From: a virus
Virus record (IMG/VR): IMGVR_UViG_3300002026_000030
Reading direction: 5' to 3' (one strand)
DNA length: 60,505 nt
Made by a program: the position numbers and the translations under genes. Every line of letters starts with the position of its first letter. The stretch's first letter is position 1. The notes beneath the pieces are model-generated. The model had not been told where the DNA came from and did no database searches. It saw nothing but the letters and a program-made list of their open reading frames with translations. Positions 1-9,818 of the stretch are shown here, in pieces.

Positions 1-91
1 CGTTCGGTACCGCGACCCCCGCAGCGACTGAGACCACAGCGGGTATCGCGGAAATCGCCACGCAGGCGGAGACCGACACGGGCACTGACGA
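1..91. repeat. terminal direct repeat, copy 1 (identical to 60415..60505); circular-closure overlap
   Basis: nt 1-91 (cgttcggtaccgcgacccccgcagcgactgag...ggcactgacga) recur verbatim as the last 91 nt of the window. Confidence 0.95.
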
Positions 92-356
92 TCTCCGCTT
101 CGTCACTCCGCTGAAGTTGGCGACGTACTCGGGGCGGAAGCAGAAGGGCGGGTTGACCTTCGGCGACGGCTCGCAGACGCAGTTCGACTTCACGCACAAC
201 TTCAACACCCAAGATGTTGTGGTGTTAGTCCGTCGTACGTCGGGCGCGTTCGACGAAGTGCTCTGCGACGTGGAGATCATCAGCGTCAACGTGGTGCGCG
301 TGCGGTTCGCTGTCGCGCCTGCATCCAACGCTTTCCGCGTCATTGTGATCGCGTAA
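1..356 (+). CDS. tail fibre protein, 3' part of the gene that starts at 59979 and crosses the circular junction (263 aa in total)
   Basis: frame of the open ORF 59979.. is preserved across the overlap (offset 60414 is a multiple of 3) and runs to TAA 354-356; track ORF 117..356 is its tail. Confidence 0.8.
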   Translation, partial: FGTATPAATETTAGIAEIATQAETDTGTDDLRFVTPLKLATYSGRKQKGGLTFGDGSQTQFDFTHNFNTQDVVVLVRRTSGAFDEVLCDVEIISVNVVRVRFAVAPASNAFRVIVIA

Positions 357-404
357 GCCATGAACCCGATACGCAGATTTTTTCTGCGGATACTTGGAGC
401 AGAC

Positions 405-1616
405 ATGAACTTTCTCTCTGGCTTCCGCGCCCCCGTGGTGTCGGTGCTACCCAACGTCGCTACGTTTGTTGGGCAGATTTTTGAGCAGGGGAACCAACTG
501 TGGTTCTCCAATGGATCGGCGTGGATTCGCCTCGACAACGTCCCCGGCGGCGCGGGTACCGTAACCAGCGTGGGGATGACCGTGCCGTCCGGTATGACGG
601 TCAGCGGGAGTCCAGTGACCGGTTCCGGCACGCTGGCGGTGACTATCAGTGACGCTGCTGCGTTCCGTACAGCGATCGGCGCGGGGACTGGCAACGGAAA
701 CGGCTCGGTCACTAGCGTCGGACTGTCGGTACCGTCGCAGTTCACCGTGTCGGGCTCGCCGGTGACGGGCTCCGGTACGCTTGGTTTTAGCTGGAACAGT
801 CAGACTGCAAACTTTGTGCTCGCCGCGCCCAACGGCAGTGCAGGGGCACCTACGTTCCGCGCACTTGTTGCCGCGGATATTCCCGCGCTCGACGCCAGTA
901 AGGTCACGACTGGAGTGTTCTCGGGCTCACTTCTCGCGAGCCTCGGAAGTCCATCTATCGGTACGGTGCTCACGGTTGGCGCGCTGGGAGCCCGAGAGTG
1001 GCGCAACCTCACTACTGGGGACATCGTTAGTGGCACGCTTGCGGTCGCTCGCGGCGGCACGGGCGTAACGACCAGTACTGGTTCTGGTAACAACGTGTTG
1101 AGTGCTAGCCCGACGTTCTCTGGTACGGCGGTGTTCGCGACTGCTACCGCAACACTTATCGGATGTTCCGGTGCTGGCGGTGCGTTAGAAGTCGCGTCGC
1201 GCACTGGTGGGCAACCGTGGTACGTGTACTCGTCGAGCGGGTTGTTCCGCGTGTTCGAGAACAGCACTGGCGACCGCATGACGATCGACGCGTCGGGTAA
1301 CACCGTTATCGCTGGTACCCTGACGCAGAACTCTGACTCACGACTTAAAGCCGACGTAGCGGAGGTAACCTTGCCGCTTGAGGGTATCCTATCGGTGCGC
1401 GCTGTCGAATACACCATGATCGCAGACGGTGCGCGCGGGGTGGGCGTACTCGCCCAAGAGCTACAGCAACTGCTACCCGCCGCGGTGAAGCGGGACACAG
1501 AAACCGACATGTTGTCGGTGGCGTACGGTAACGCGGCGATTACCATTGCGCTTTCGCTGGCGAAGCACCTAGAGGCTGCGTTAGCACGTATTGAAGCGCT
1601 GGAGTCCAAGTCATGA
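405..1616 (+). CDS. tail fibre protein with C-terminal peptidase S74 / intramolecular chaperone autoprocessing domain
   Basis: ORF 360..1616; ATG 405 preferred (GGAG 5 nt upstream); two ~30-aa repeats G.VTSVG..VPS..TVSGSPVTGSGTL; C-terminus SDSRLKADV..AVEY..GVLAQELQQLLPAAV..LSVAYGN..IEALE matches the S74 chaperone signature. Confidence 0.85.
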   Translation: MNFLSGFRAPVVSVLPNVATFVGQIFEQGNQLWFSNGSAWIRLDNVPGGAGTVTSVGMTVPSGMTVSGSPVTGSGTLAVTISDAAAFRTAIGAGTGNGNGSVTSVGLSVPSQFTVSGSPVTGSGTLGFSWNSQTANFVLAAPNGSAGAPTFRALVAADIPALDASKVTTGVFSGSLLASLGSPSIGTVLTVGALGAREWRNLTTGDIVSGTLAVARGGTGVTTSTGSGNNVLSASPTFSGTAVFATATATLIGCSGAGGALEVASRTGGQPWYVYSSSGLFRVFENSTGDRMTIDASGNTVIAGTLTQNSDSRLKADVAEVTLPLEGILSVRAVEYTMIADGARGVGVLAQELQQLLPAAVKRDTETDMLSVAYGNAAITIALSLAKHLEAALARIEALESKS

Positions 1617-1629
1617 CCGGAGACACCGT

Positions 1630-2349
1630 ATGAACCTGATCTTTGCAAACGACCAAACTTCCGCGCCTTTTCAGTACGCCACTTGGTCGCGCACGCGCCC
1701 TGATGACTGGCTACTGCGTCACACCGGCACTCTGTTTATGGGCACTCCCGGCAAGCCGCTGGGCGCGAGCCTGATCGAACTTCGCTTGCGCGAAGGTGAG
1801 TGGCACGAAGACCTCATCGTCAGCGGCGGGCGTCAGACGAACCGCACGGACAAGTCGATCTTCATTGCCGTAACCGACCATTTCAACGCCACCGACTTCA
1901 AGGTCAACCTGACCAAGATCACCGGCCACGAGCGCGTCGGTACGCCGATCATCATGGATGTGTTTGCAGACCAGCAGCTTGTCCGGTCGATCACACTGGG
2001 CTACATCGGAGGCGTGACCACGGCAGTGGTTCCGTTCTTCAACCCGCCCACGAACCCGCGCCAGCAGACCGTTCTGGTGCTGAACAACCACGAGAACGAC
2101 AACACCGTGATGGCCCTTGCCGTTGACGTTGACGGCCACGTCTTTCACGGCGTACTCCACGACAACCTGCCTGCGGGCCATCAGCACATCATCGAAGCCG
2201 ACGAGGTATACAAGCAGGTTGGTGCCGATCCTGCCGCAGGCAACAAGCTGCGCCTCATCATCTGTTCGTCCGCTCCGCTCACCGTCGTGAGCAAGGTGCG
2301 AGACCAAGACAGCGGCCTCATGTGCGACAACGCGGTCACGGCGGCCTGA
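1630..2349 (+). CDS. hypothetical virion-module protein
   Basis: ORF 1591..2349; ATG 1630 with GGAG 7 nt upstream; balanced composition; no motif recognised. Confidence 0.6.
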   Translation: MNLIFANDQTSAPFQYATWSRTRPDDWLLRHTGTLFMGTPGKPLGASLIELRLREGEWHEDLIVSGGRQTNRTDKSIFIAVTDHFNATDFKVNLTKITGHERVGTPIIMDVFADQQLVRSITLGYIGGVTTAVVPFFNPPTNPRQQTVLVLNNHENDNTVMALAVDVDGHVFHGVLHDNLPAGHQHIIEADEVYKQVGADPAAGNKLRLIICSSAPLTVVSKVRDQDSGLMCDNAVTAA

Positions 2350-2783
2350 TGAGCTACGTGGCCCCCGGACGCCGTCTTTGCGAGCAGCTGGCGGCGTCAG
2401 CGGTGCGGCTCGGGTTCGACCCCCCGGCGGACGTCATGGCGTTGGCCGACGACCCCGAGACCGAATTCTGGGCGGTGGGCGAGGGCGTGCTGGCACTTAC
2501 CACCCGTTCGTGGGGGGTGAAGTACGTCAACCTGTACCTTCCTCCGGGGGATGTTCGGGCCAGCGTCACCGCATACCGAAAGTTCCAGCGGTTGCTGATG
2601 GATCGCGGTACGCTTACGGCGGTGATCCACCCCATGAATCTGGCATCTGTTAGGCTTACTTTGCGGCTGGGGGGGACCCCTGTCGGGCTAGACCCGGAAG
2701 GGTTCATCCACTACGACATCGTGCACAGTAGGTACACCCATGCGAAGCCCTCCCAAGCCACCGGATCTCAAGCCGATCTCTGA
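2349..2783 (+). CDS. hypothetical protein
   Basis: ORF 2322..2783; ATG 2349 overlaps upstream stop (TGATG); no motif recognised. Confidence 0.55.
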   Translation: MSYVAPGRRLCEQLAASAVRLGFDPPADVMALADDPETEFWAVGEGVLALTTRSWGVKYVNLYLPPGDVRASVTAYRKFQRLLMDRGTLTAVIHPMNLASVRLTLRLGGTPVGLDPEGFIHYDIVHSRYTHAKPSQATGSQADL

Positions 2784-4167
2784 TGCACAGCTTGAGCTAG
2801 GCCGACAGTCTACTGAGCTTGCACGCGAGCAGCTGGGCCTGTCGCGAGAGCAGTTCGCGTTCTTCCGGGATCAGTCTGCTACGGAGTTAGAGTTCGCCCG
2901 AGAACAGGCTAGCGCGATGCTGGGCCTGCAGGGGCGCTCAATCGCAGCGGGCGAGGCGGCGAACGCGATTTCTGGGCGTGTCGCAGAGTCGCAGATCGGT
3001 TTGATGGATCAAGCTCGCGACTTCGCGGGCCGTGACCGCGCCCGCTACGAACGCACGTTTATCCCGCTACAAGATCGTTTCATCAGCGACGCAGAGGCGT
3101 TCGACACCGAAGCCCGTCGTGAGATGGAAGCCGGTCGCGCCATGGTGGATGTCCAGCGGCAGGCAGAAGCGCAGCGCACCAACGCCGACGCACGCCTGTC
3201 GTCCATGGGCCTCGATCCGTCGCAGTTCCGGTCCGCGTCGATCTCCAGCATGATCGGTGCGCAGACCGCAGCCGCGGGCGCACTACAGGGCAACAACGCA
3301 CGCCGTGGCGTGGAAGACAAAGGCCGCGCTCTCCGCGCCGACGCGATCAATCTCGGTATGGGCTTGCCCGCGCAGGCGACGCAGTCAATCGGTGTGGCAT
3401 CCGGGGCAGGCGCAAACGCGTCCAACGCCGCAGCGCAGGGCGCGGGCTCGGCGATGGGAGGCTACGGGCAGGCCGCGGGCATGGCATCCGGTGCGGCGAA
3501 TTTGCGCAGCGGCGCGCTGGGCCAGATGGGCGCACTCACTGGCTCGCCGATGCAGTGGGCGCAGATGGGCAGCGGCAACATGGGCCAAGCGGGCAACATG
3601 TTCAACAACGCTGGCTCCACCATGACGCAGAACTTCTCCAACCAGATGACGCGCCACAACGCGCAGCAACAGCAGATCTCGGGAATGATGTCGATGGCGG
3701 GCGGCGTCATGGGCATGTTCGCCGGTGGTGGCGCGGTACCGTCGCGGGCGCACTTGGCCAGCGGTGGCGTGCCGTCGCTCGACGAGATGGGCATGGGCCT
3801 GCAGCGCGACACGCTCGAAGTGGATCGTGGTTACCTGCGTGACCCCGGGCGTGGGTTGGCGCCGAAGGCGAAGGCTAAGCCGTCGCTGGGCGAGCGCTTC
3901 TCTGCAGGTATGGATCGCTTCGAGGCCGGTCGCTCCCGCTTCGGTGAACCGCAGGAGTACAACACCGAGGTGCAGCAGATTCTCCGTCCCGTTGCGATGG
4001 CCGGCGGCGGTCGTGTCCGCGGCGCGCTTCCGGTGCGGCAGGTGCGCGACATGATCCCGGCGATGTTGTCCGAGGGTGAATACGTGATCCCGGCTGACGT
4101 ACATCGCGCGGTCGGTACCGAGAAATTAGACAAGCTGGTTGCGAAGTATCACCGCGAGGGTTCCTGA
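2740..4167 (+). CDS. internal virion protein (Gly/Ala/Met/Gln-rich)
   Basis: 475-aa ORF in virion block; coiled N-terminus, long G/A/M/Q low-complexity core, C-terminal PVAMAGGGRVRG and GEYVIPADV motifs. Confidence 0.6.
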   Translation: MRSPPKPPDLKPISDAQLELGRQSTELAREQLGLSREQFAFFRDQSATELEFAREQASAMLGLQGRSIAAGEAANAISGRVAESQIGLMDQARDFAGRDRARYERTFIPLQDRFISDAEAFDTEARREMEAGRAMVDVQRQAEAQRTNADARLSSMGLDPSQFRSASISSMIGAQTAAAGALQGNNARRGVEDKGRALRADAINLGMGLPAQATQSIGVASGAGANASNAAAQGAGSAMGGYGQAAGMASGAANLRSGALGQMGALTGSPMQWAQMGSGNMGQAGNMFNNAGSTMTQNFSNQMTRHNAQQQQISGMMSMAGGVMGMFAGGGAVPSRAHLASGGVPSLDEMGMGLQRDTLEVDRGYLRDPGRGLAPKAKAKPSLGERFSAGMDRFEAGRSRFGEPQEYNTEVQQILRPVAMAGGGRVRGALPVRQVRDMIPAMLSEGEYVIPADVHRAVGTEKLDKLVAKYHREGS

Positions 4168-4168
4168 C

Positions 4169-6451
4169 ATGACTGATCTATTTGGCGCGTTCGCGCGTGG
4201 CCACGAACAAGGCGACGCTCTCGGTGACCGCATGGCGGCCCGTGGCCTCCGCCGCCGTGTCGAGCAGGCAGAGTCAGACTTCCGTGCGGGCAAGATCAAC
4301 GCCGACCAGTACGAGCAGTCGCTCCGTGACGCGCAGGCCCGCGGCATGGCGCGGTATCGCGACACCAGCCAAGTCGCCGAGGGGCTGCGCACTCGCGCGC
4401 ATGACGACCTGAATCGCCGAGATGACCGCCATATCGCTGGCGCCGCGGCGGATGGGCGCATGGTCGACGCGTGGCAGGTGATGCGGAACCGCGTGGGCCG
4501 CACAGGTGACGTCGATGGCGGCATGCAGGTGCGCAAGGGGCTCGACTCGCTGGACGAGGCAGGACAGGTCACAAATGTCGGCGGGCAGAACAACTACGCC
4601 CCGGTAGCGGCGCAGCAGGAAAAAAACTTACTGCGGCTGGGCGACACCGCGGGGGCGCAAGCCGCCGGTGCCGCGTCGCGCACGCAGATGGACGACTGGG
4701 CGGGGCGCGTGTTTAGCGACGCCACTCAGCGGTATCAATCAGGTGATCAGGGCGGCGCGCTGGCAGCGGTCAACAGCGTCATCGACGAGCTTGGCTTGCC
4801 GTTCGATTTCCAACTGGATGGCGCGAACGGCGAAGGCGAGGTCCCGGCGATCGCCATGGTACCGAAAGGCGGCGAAGGTCAGGCGTTGATCATGGGGGAG
4901 CGCGAGTTCTTCCAGCAGTTGGGTAGCATCGCCGACGGCAGTAACTCGCTTAAAAACCTGCTCTCCGAACTCACCAAGCAAGACGACGCCAGCGACGCTC
5001 GCGCAGCGGATCTGACTAAGCGCATCGAAGACGGTGTCATCGACATCTTGACCGAGAGTGGGGCCAACCCCGCCGCGGCAGGGCGCTTGTCGGCTGCGAT
5101 TCAGGGCGCGCAAAGCGCGGGTATTCAGACGATCGAGACGGCGGAAGACGGCACGCTACTGCTGAGCATCGGCGGGCAAATGGTGATGGCGAAGCCCCCG
5201 GTCGCGGGCGCAGACGGTCGCGAAGGGCAGAGGGGGTGGCAGTTCCTCGACGCAGAGTCTGGAAACCCAGTCGAGACCGACCCTCGCGTTGCCGGTGCGG
5301 TGCAGGCGTTCACGTTGGCGGAGCGCATGGCGTTCGACCAAGGGCAGTACCGCATCAACGCCGAAGACCGCAACATGCGCATCGCGCAACTCATGCAGTT
5401 CGGCCACTCGCAACTGGGTCGCCCCGGTGTGGCCCCGGCCGCGGCGGGCATGCTGCTCGACGCCACAACGGCTCAGATGGACGACACAGACGCCATCGAG
5501 CAGTTTGCTTCGACGGTTGACCAACTTGAAGGGACTGGAAAGAACGGGGCGAGCACCGCCGAAGGGCGGGGGCAGTTTATCGACTCGACGATGCTGGGCA
5601 TCGCCCGTAAGTATTTCCCCGAAGCCGTGGCGGAGATGGACGACGCCCAGATCCTGCAGTTGCGGCAAAACCCGGAGTTCATGGGCAACATGATCCGCGC
5701 GTATGCGCAAGACAACATCGAGGTGCTCCGCCGCAACGATGTGCCGGTTAACCCCGTCACGCTGTACATGGGGCATCACTTCGGCGGCGAGCGTGCGGTC
5801 GAGTTGTTCGGCGACATGCAGGCAAATCCGCAGATGTCCGTGGCCGAAGCGTTTACGCCGCGGGAGCTACGTTCAAACCCCTATCTGGCTGACCCCGAGC
5901 GCAACCCCACCGGGACGCTTGGCGGCGTGCTGGGCGACTGGCAGCAGCGGCAGTCGGCGTTGTTCGACGGCCTTACTGGGCGTCAGGCAGCGAGTCTTTT
6001 GGGGCCGCAGGCTACGGCTAGTGCTCCGCAGCCCGCTGCGGGGGCTCAGCGCCCCGGGGCGGCACCGGCGCCTACAGGGACTCCACAGGTTGCCGCCGCG
6101 CCGGAAGCACAGCGGCTCGCCGCGCTCCAGCAGCGGCAGGCGCAGTTGGAGAAGTTCGTGCGGTTGAGCGAAGCGCAGGCAGCGCCGGACCGCCGTACGC
6201 CCGCTGCGGGGCTCGGCGGCGTCGCGGTGGTTCCGTCGGCTCTGCCGGGGGAAGGCTTGTCGCGCGAAGACCGCGAGGCGTTGGTACAAGCCCGGGAAGA
6301 TTTGCAGCTAGTCAAGAGCGAGATCCAAGCCGCGCAACTAGCTGCGCGCGCCGCGGAGCAACGCGCACGCCTAGAGAGTTCGTTGACCGCGATGCGCAGT
6401 GCGGGTGCGGCTGCCGGCCTGCCGCCTCGCAACCCTAACGGAGCCCCGTAA
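4169..6451 (+). CDS. internal virion protein with putative lytic transglycosylase-like segment
   Basis: ATG 4169, one nt after upstream TGA, GAGGG 8 nt upstream; segment LEGTGKNGASTAEGRGQFIDSTM...AYAQDNIEVL...LYMGHHFGGERAV resembles the E...GxxQF...T / Y motifs of SLT-type domains. Confidence 0.55.
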   Translation: MTDLFGAFARGHEQGDALGDRMAARGLRRRVEQAESDFRAGKINADQYEQSLRDAQARGMARYRDTSQVAEGLRTRAHDDLNRRDDRHIAGAAADGRMVDAWQVMRNRVGRTGDVDGGMQVRKGLDSLDEAGQVTNVGGQNNYAPVAAQQEKNLLRLGDTAGAQAAGAASRTQMDDWAGRVFSDATQRYQSGDQGGALAAVNSVIDELGLPFDFQLDGANGEGEVPAIAMVPKGGEGQALIMGEREFFQQLGSIADGSNSLKNLLSELTKQDDASDARAADLTKRIEDGVIDILTESGANPAAAGRLSAAIQGAQSAGIQTIETAEDGTLLLSIGGQMVMAKPPVAGADGREGQRGWQFLDAESGNPVETDPRVAGAVQAFTLAERMAFDQGQYRINAEDRNMRIAQLMQFGHSQLGRPGVAPAAAGMLLDATTAQMDDTDAIEQFASTVDQLEGTGKNGASTAEGRGQFIDSTMLGIARKYFPEAVAEMDDAQILQLRQNPEFMGNMIRAYAQDNIEVLRRNDVPVNPVTLYMGHHFGGERAVELFGDMQANPQMSVAEAFTPRELRSNPYLADPERNPTGTLGGVLGDWQQRQSALFDGLTGRQAASLLGPQATASAPQPAAGAQRPGAAPAPTGTPQVAAAPEAQRLAALQQRQAQLEKFVRLSEAQAAPDRRTPAAGLGGVAVVPSALPGEGLSREDREALVQAREDLQLVKSEIQAAQLAARAAEQRARLESSLTAMRSAGAAAGLPPRNPNGAP

Positions 6452-9400
6452 TGGCAATGCGTCCACTTGGATTCGGTCGCCCTGCTGCGCCCCAGCCGGA
6501 AGGTGATTGGGAGGCGTACAACGCTGTCTCGCAGGCGGGGCAGGCGCGCGTCGTCGGCGCTATCGAAGACCGTTACCGCGCCGTAGCAGGGCTCGCTGCG
6601 CCGCGGGCGGCTCGCGCTCCGCAGATGGCGCAGGTCGGATATAACCCGCGCACGGGCAAGTACGTGGTGGGTGCCGAGGAGTTCGACGCGGATGACCCCG
6701 CCGTCATCAAGATGTTCGCCGAACTCGAAGACCTCCCGGCGATGCCGCTGGCGACGGGCCTCGAAGGTCGCTCCCTCGATGAGCTAAAGGCGCGCTGGCA
6801 GGACTTGTACAACAACGCCGAGGTGGACAATAGCCTCGGGTCGATCGGTCGCGGCATGCTGGAGGGTATCGCTGGCATCCCGCGCGGTATCGCATCAGTG
6901 TTCGGCGCAGACGTCGCTAACCCCTACGAGGGTGGCGCAGACGCATGGCGTCGCGACAACACGACGCTGTACGAGCAGGTGGGCCGCACGATGCGCCCGA
7001 CCGAGTCACTGGTCGGCCTCGGCCAAGCGGGTATCCAAGCGATTGAGTCCGGCTTGCCGGTCCTCGCCGCGGGCGCTGCCGGTACGGCGGTGGCTGGCCC
7101 GGGCGGCGGCATTGCCGCCGGTGCGGCGGTCGCTGGTGGCATGGCTGCGGAGTCGCAGGGGGATGAGGCGCAAGCCCGTCTGATGCAGCAGTTCGCCCGG
7201 ATGGCCCCCGAAGATTTTACGTCCAACCCGGAATACATGACCTTGCGTCGTGCGGGTAACGACCACCCCACCGCAGTCGATGAGCTTGTACGTCGTGGCC
7301 GCGTATCGGCTGCGCGTGGTGGCTTCGCCATCGGCGGCATCTCAGGTGCGCTCGCGCCCGCAGCGAGCCGGTTCGCCGGTCGCGCCCTCGGACTGGGTGG
7401 CGCTGCCGGTTCGCGTGCCGACGACGCCATCGGTGACGCCATGCTGCGCATGATGCGCGGAGGTTCCACTGGCTTGACCGCGACGGCTCGCGGTGCGGGC
7501 GGATCTGCCATGGTCGGTGGCACGGTCGAGGGCGGACAAGAATACTTCGAGACGGATATTTCGCAGGGTCTTGCCGACGTCTCGGCGGGCCAGAGCGACC
7601 GCTACCGCATGGGCCAGTACGGCACCGCGGACGACTTCGTGGGCGGCTTCGTGGGCGGTGCACCGTTCGGTGCGCTCGGCGGGCTCCGTACCCCACCTGC
7701 CGCGCCAAGTCCGCAGCCGCGCGCCGAGCAGGGCGGCACTCAAGATCCAACGCTCAACGCTGCGATGGCCGGTGTCGTCGCACCCCCCGCTCCCGACACG
7801 TCGGGCGCCATGGGTGGCAACCGTCAGATGGTCCCGCAGCCGGGAGGCCCGACAGGTCCCTCTGGTGGCGGCTTGCGTCCGCTCGGAACCAACTGGACCG
7901 GCGGCCCCACCGGCGCTCCGGCGCAGGGCGAGGAGATCGTCGATGGCGAGTTCACCGAAGTCCCCCGGCAGCTTCCGGCTCCGGGCATGCGCGCGCTTCC
8001 CCCGCCGCAGCGTCAGCTGGGTAGCCGCATGGATGACCAGCGCGCCGAAGCCGAAGCGCTAGAGGTCGAACGCGTCCAGTTGCAGGCCATGCTCGACTCG
8101 TACACGCAGAGCGGCGTCCCCGTACCGCCGAATGTCGCGGACGGTGTCGGCGCGCGCCTCGCGGAGATCGACCAGATTCAATCCCAGATGATCATGCCGC
8201 AAGTGGATCTGCCGCCTGAGCGTCCGATGCCACAGCAGCAGCAGTTGGTCGACGGGCTGGACTCCAGCTTCGCCCAGAACGCAGATCCGCGCTCTCCGCA
8301 GGGTGAGCCGGCGCCCGCAGCGCCGACGCAGCCGGGGATGTTTGGTCCCGCTGGCGGCGTGACGCAGGCCGGTCGCCGCAACGACACGCTCAAGGAATCG
8401 CAGCGCGACATCGCAGCGCAGATCACCGCGATGCTCGACCCCGCTGCGGAGAAAGACTCGGTGTGGGTGCCGTTCGGTACCCGCATGCCGGACGTCACCC
8501 TGCCGGACAACGTGCAGGTGGTGCCGACGCCGGTGGGGACGTTCCTCACCACGGAGATGCCGAAAGCACGCGCCCTGCGTCGTAACCCCAAGCAGGCGGA
8601 AAACGCTGACTTTATGTCGCAGTTGCTCGGCTACACCGCGGGCAAGAGCGAAGTCGCCGCAGCGGGTACGCCGCCGGTGGCGCTCGAAGCGACGACCCCG
8701 GACGGTGCCGTTGCTGACAGTGAACTCACTACGCAAGCCGCCGCGCCGGTCGCCGCGCAAAATATGCAGCGCCGTGTCGGCAAGACGGCGAAGGTCGCCG
8801 CCACCACACCGGAAGCCGCGCTCGCCGGTCGCACCGCCCGCGTTGAAGCGGAAGCGGCGCCGAAGGCTGAGCCGACTCCCGCCCGTCCGCCGAACCCCGA
8901 TCAGGCCGCAGGTGCGGTCAGCGTCGAGGTCGCCCCCGGGCGTCCGCCGGAGGAGCGCCGTCAGATCATCACTGAGATGCTCGCTCCCCTGCAGCGGAAG
9001 ATCCAGAGCAAGACGACGAGCAAGTCCGAGAAAGCAAAGGCGCAGGCCGAAGCAGACCAGTTGCTCGCGCAGCTTGATGCGATCGAAGCGCCGGCCGCCA
9101 CCCCTCAAACGGGCGGGCGCGGCCCGTCGAAGGGGCCGGATCGGCAACCGTCAACCGAAGAAGCTGGACGTGACCGGACTAGCGATACCGAAGGACGCTC
9201 GCCGGAAGATGAAGCCGAAGCCGTCTTCGCCCGGGAAGAAGCCAACGCCCAAGCCGCGCGAGACCTCGCCGAAGCGTTAGAGGCTGAGCGCCGCGACGAC
9301 GAGCCGCTGGATCTCGATGTCGCGCCCACCGCCGCACCCCCGGACCTCCGGGTGGACGGCGTTGACGCGCCGGTGCTCAAGGCCGCGGAGATGACGGTCG

Positions 9401-9504
9401 AGGTGGAGGATGGCGAGGCGCAAGTCAAGCCGAGTGCTATGCTCGACTGGTACCGCAAGCGCATCGAAAACCTCAACCGCCTGTTGGCCTGCGTGCTGAA
9501 ATGA
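6451..9504 (+). CDS. large internal virion / ejection protein (low-complexity, Ala/Gly/Pro-rich)
   Basis: 1017-aa ORF, start overlaps upstream stop (TAATG); position after two other internal-protein genes; no catalytic motif seen. Confidence 0.55.
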   Translation: MAMRPLGFGRPAAPQPEGDWEAYNAVSQAGQARVVGAIEDRYRAVAGLAAPRAARAPQMAQVGYNPRTGKYVVGAEEFDADDPAVIKMFAELEDLPAMPLATGLEGRSLDELKARWQDLYNNAEVDNSLGSIGRGMLEGIAGIPRGIASVFGADVANPYEGGADAWRRDNTTLYEQVGRTMRPTESLVGLGQAGIQAIESGLPVLAAGAAGTAVAGPGGGIAAGAAVAGGMAAESQGDEAQARLMQQFARMAPEDFTSNPEYMTLRRAGNDHPTAVDELVRRGRVSAARGGFAIGGISGALAPAASRFAGRALGLGGAAGSRADDAIGDAMLRMMRGGSTGLTATARGAGGSAMVGGTVEGGQEYFETDISQGLADVSAGQSDRYRMGQYGTADDFVGGFVGGAPFGALGGLRTPPAAPSPQPRAEQGGTQDPTLNAAMAGVVAPPAPDTSGAMGGNRQMVPQPGGPTGPSGGGLRPLGTNWTGGPTGAPAQGEEIVDGEFTEVPRQLPAPGMRALPPPQRQLGSRMDDQRAEAEALEVERVQLQAMLDSYTQSGVPVPPNVADGVGARLAEIDQIQSQMIMPQVDLPPERPMPQQQQLVDGLDSSFAQNADPRSPQGEPAPAAPTQPGMFGPAGGVTQAGRRNDTLKESQRDIAAQITAMLDPAAEKDSVWVPFGTRMPDVTLPDNVQVVPTPVGTFLTTEMPKARALRRNPKQAENADFMSQLLGYTAGKSEVAAAGTPPVALEATTPDGAVADSELTTQAAAPVAAQNMQRRVGKTAKVAATTPEAALAGRTARVEAEAAPKAEPTPARPPNPDQAAGAVSVEVAPGRPPEERRQIITEMLAPLQRKIQSKTTSKSEKAKAQAEADQLLAQLDAIEAPAATPQTGGRGPSKGPDRQPSTEEAGRDRTSDTEGRSPEDEAEAVFAREEANAQAARDLAEALEAERRDDEPLDLDVAPTAAPPDLRVDGVDAPVLKAAEMTVEVEDGEAQVKPSAMLDWYRKRIENLNRLLACVLK

Positions 9505-9806
9505 CTCTACGACTTCCATCCGCCGCCGTGAAAGACTTGGGCATTAAACCCAAGGCTGCCCCTGCGCCCATGGCGGAGGTCAAGGTCATTGACGCAAAGC
9601 CGGCCGAAGCCGCTACCCCCGAAGTCCGGGTGGTGGAGGTCAAGGTCGGCGAGGGCCTCGCGAACGCTGTCGAGGCGTTGCGTGAGGCAGTCCAAAAGAT
9701 GCAACCTCCCGCACCCCCGAAGCGCCCCACTGGCATGGACATGGTCCCGCAGCGCAACGCCAAGGGTCAGATCACCAGCGTTGCGATCACCTTCAACTGG
9801 AACTAA
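9501..9806 (+). CDS. hypothetical virion-module protein
   Basis: 101-aa ORF, ATGA overlap with upstream stop. Confidence 0.55.
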   Translation: MTLRLPSAAVKDLGIKPKAAPAPMAEVKVIDAKPAEAATPEVRVVEVKVGEGLANAVEALREAVQKMQPPAPPKRPTGMDMVPQRNAKGQITSVAITFNWN

Positions 9807-9818
9807 CAGGAGCCCGCC

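Noticed and set aside
1-91. The 91-bp terminal repeat as a genuine direct terminal repeat of the virion DNA
   Set aside because: It falls in the middle of a tail-fibre coding sequence and keeps the frame, which is what an assembler overlap of a circular or permuted genome produces. It is retained only as a possibility, to be tested by termini analysis.
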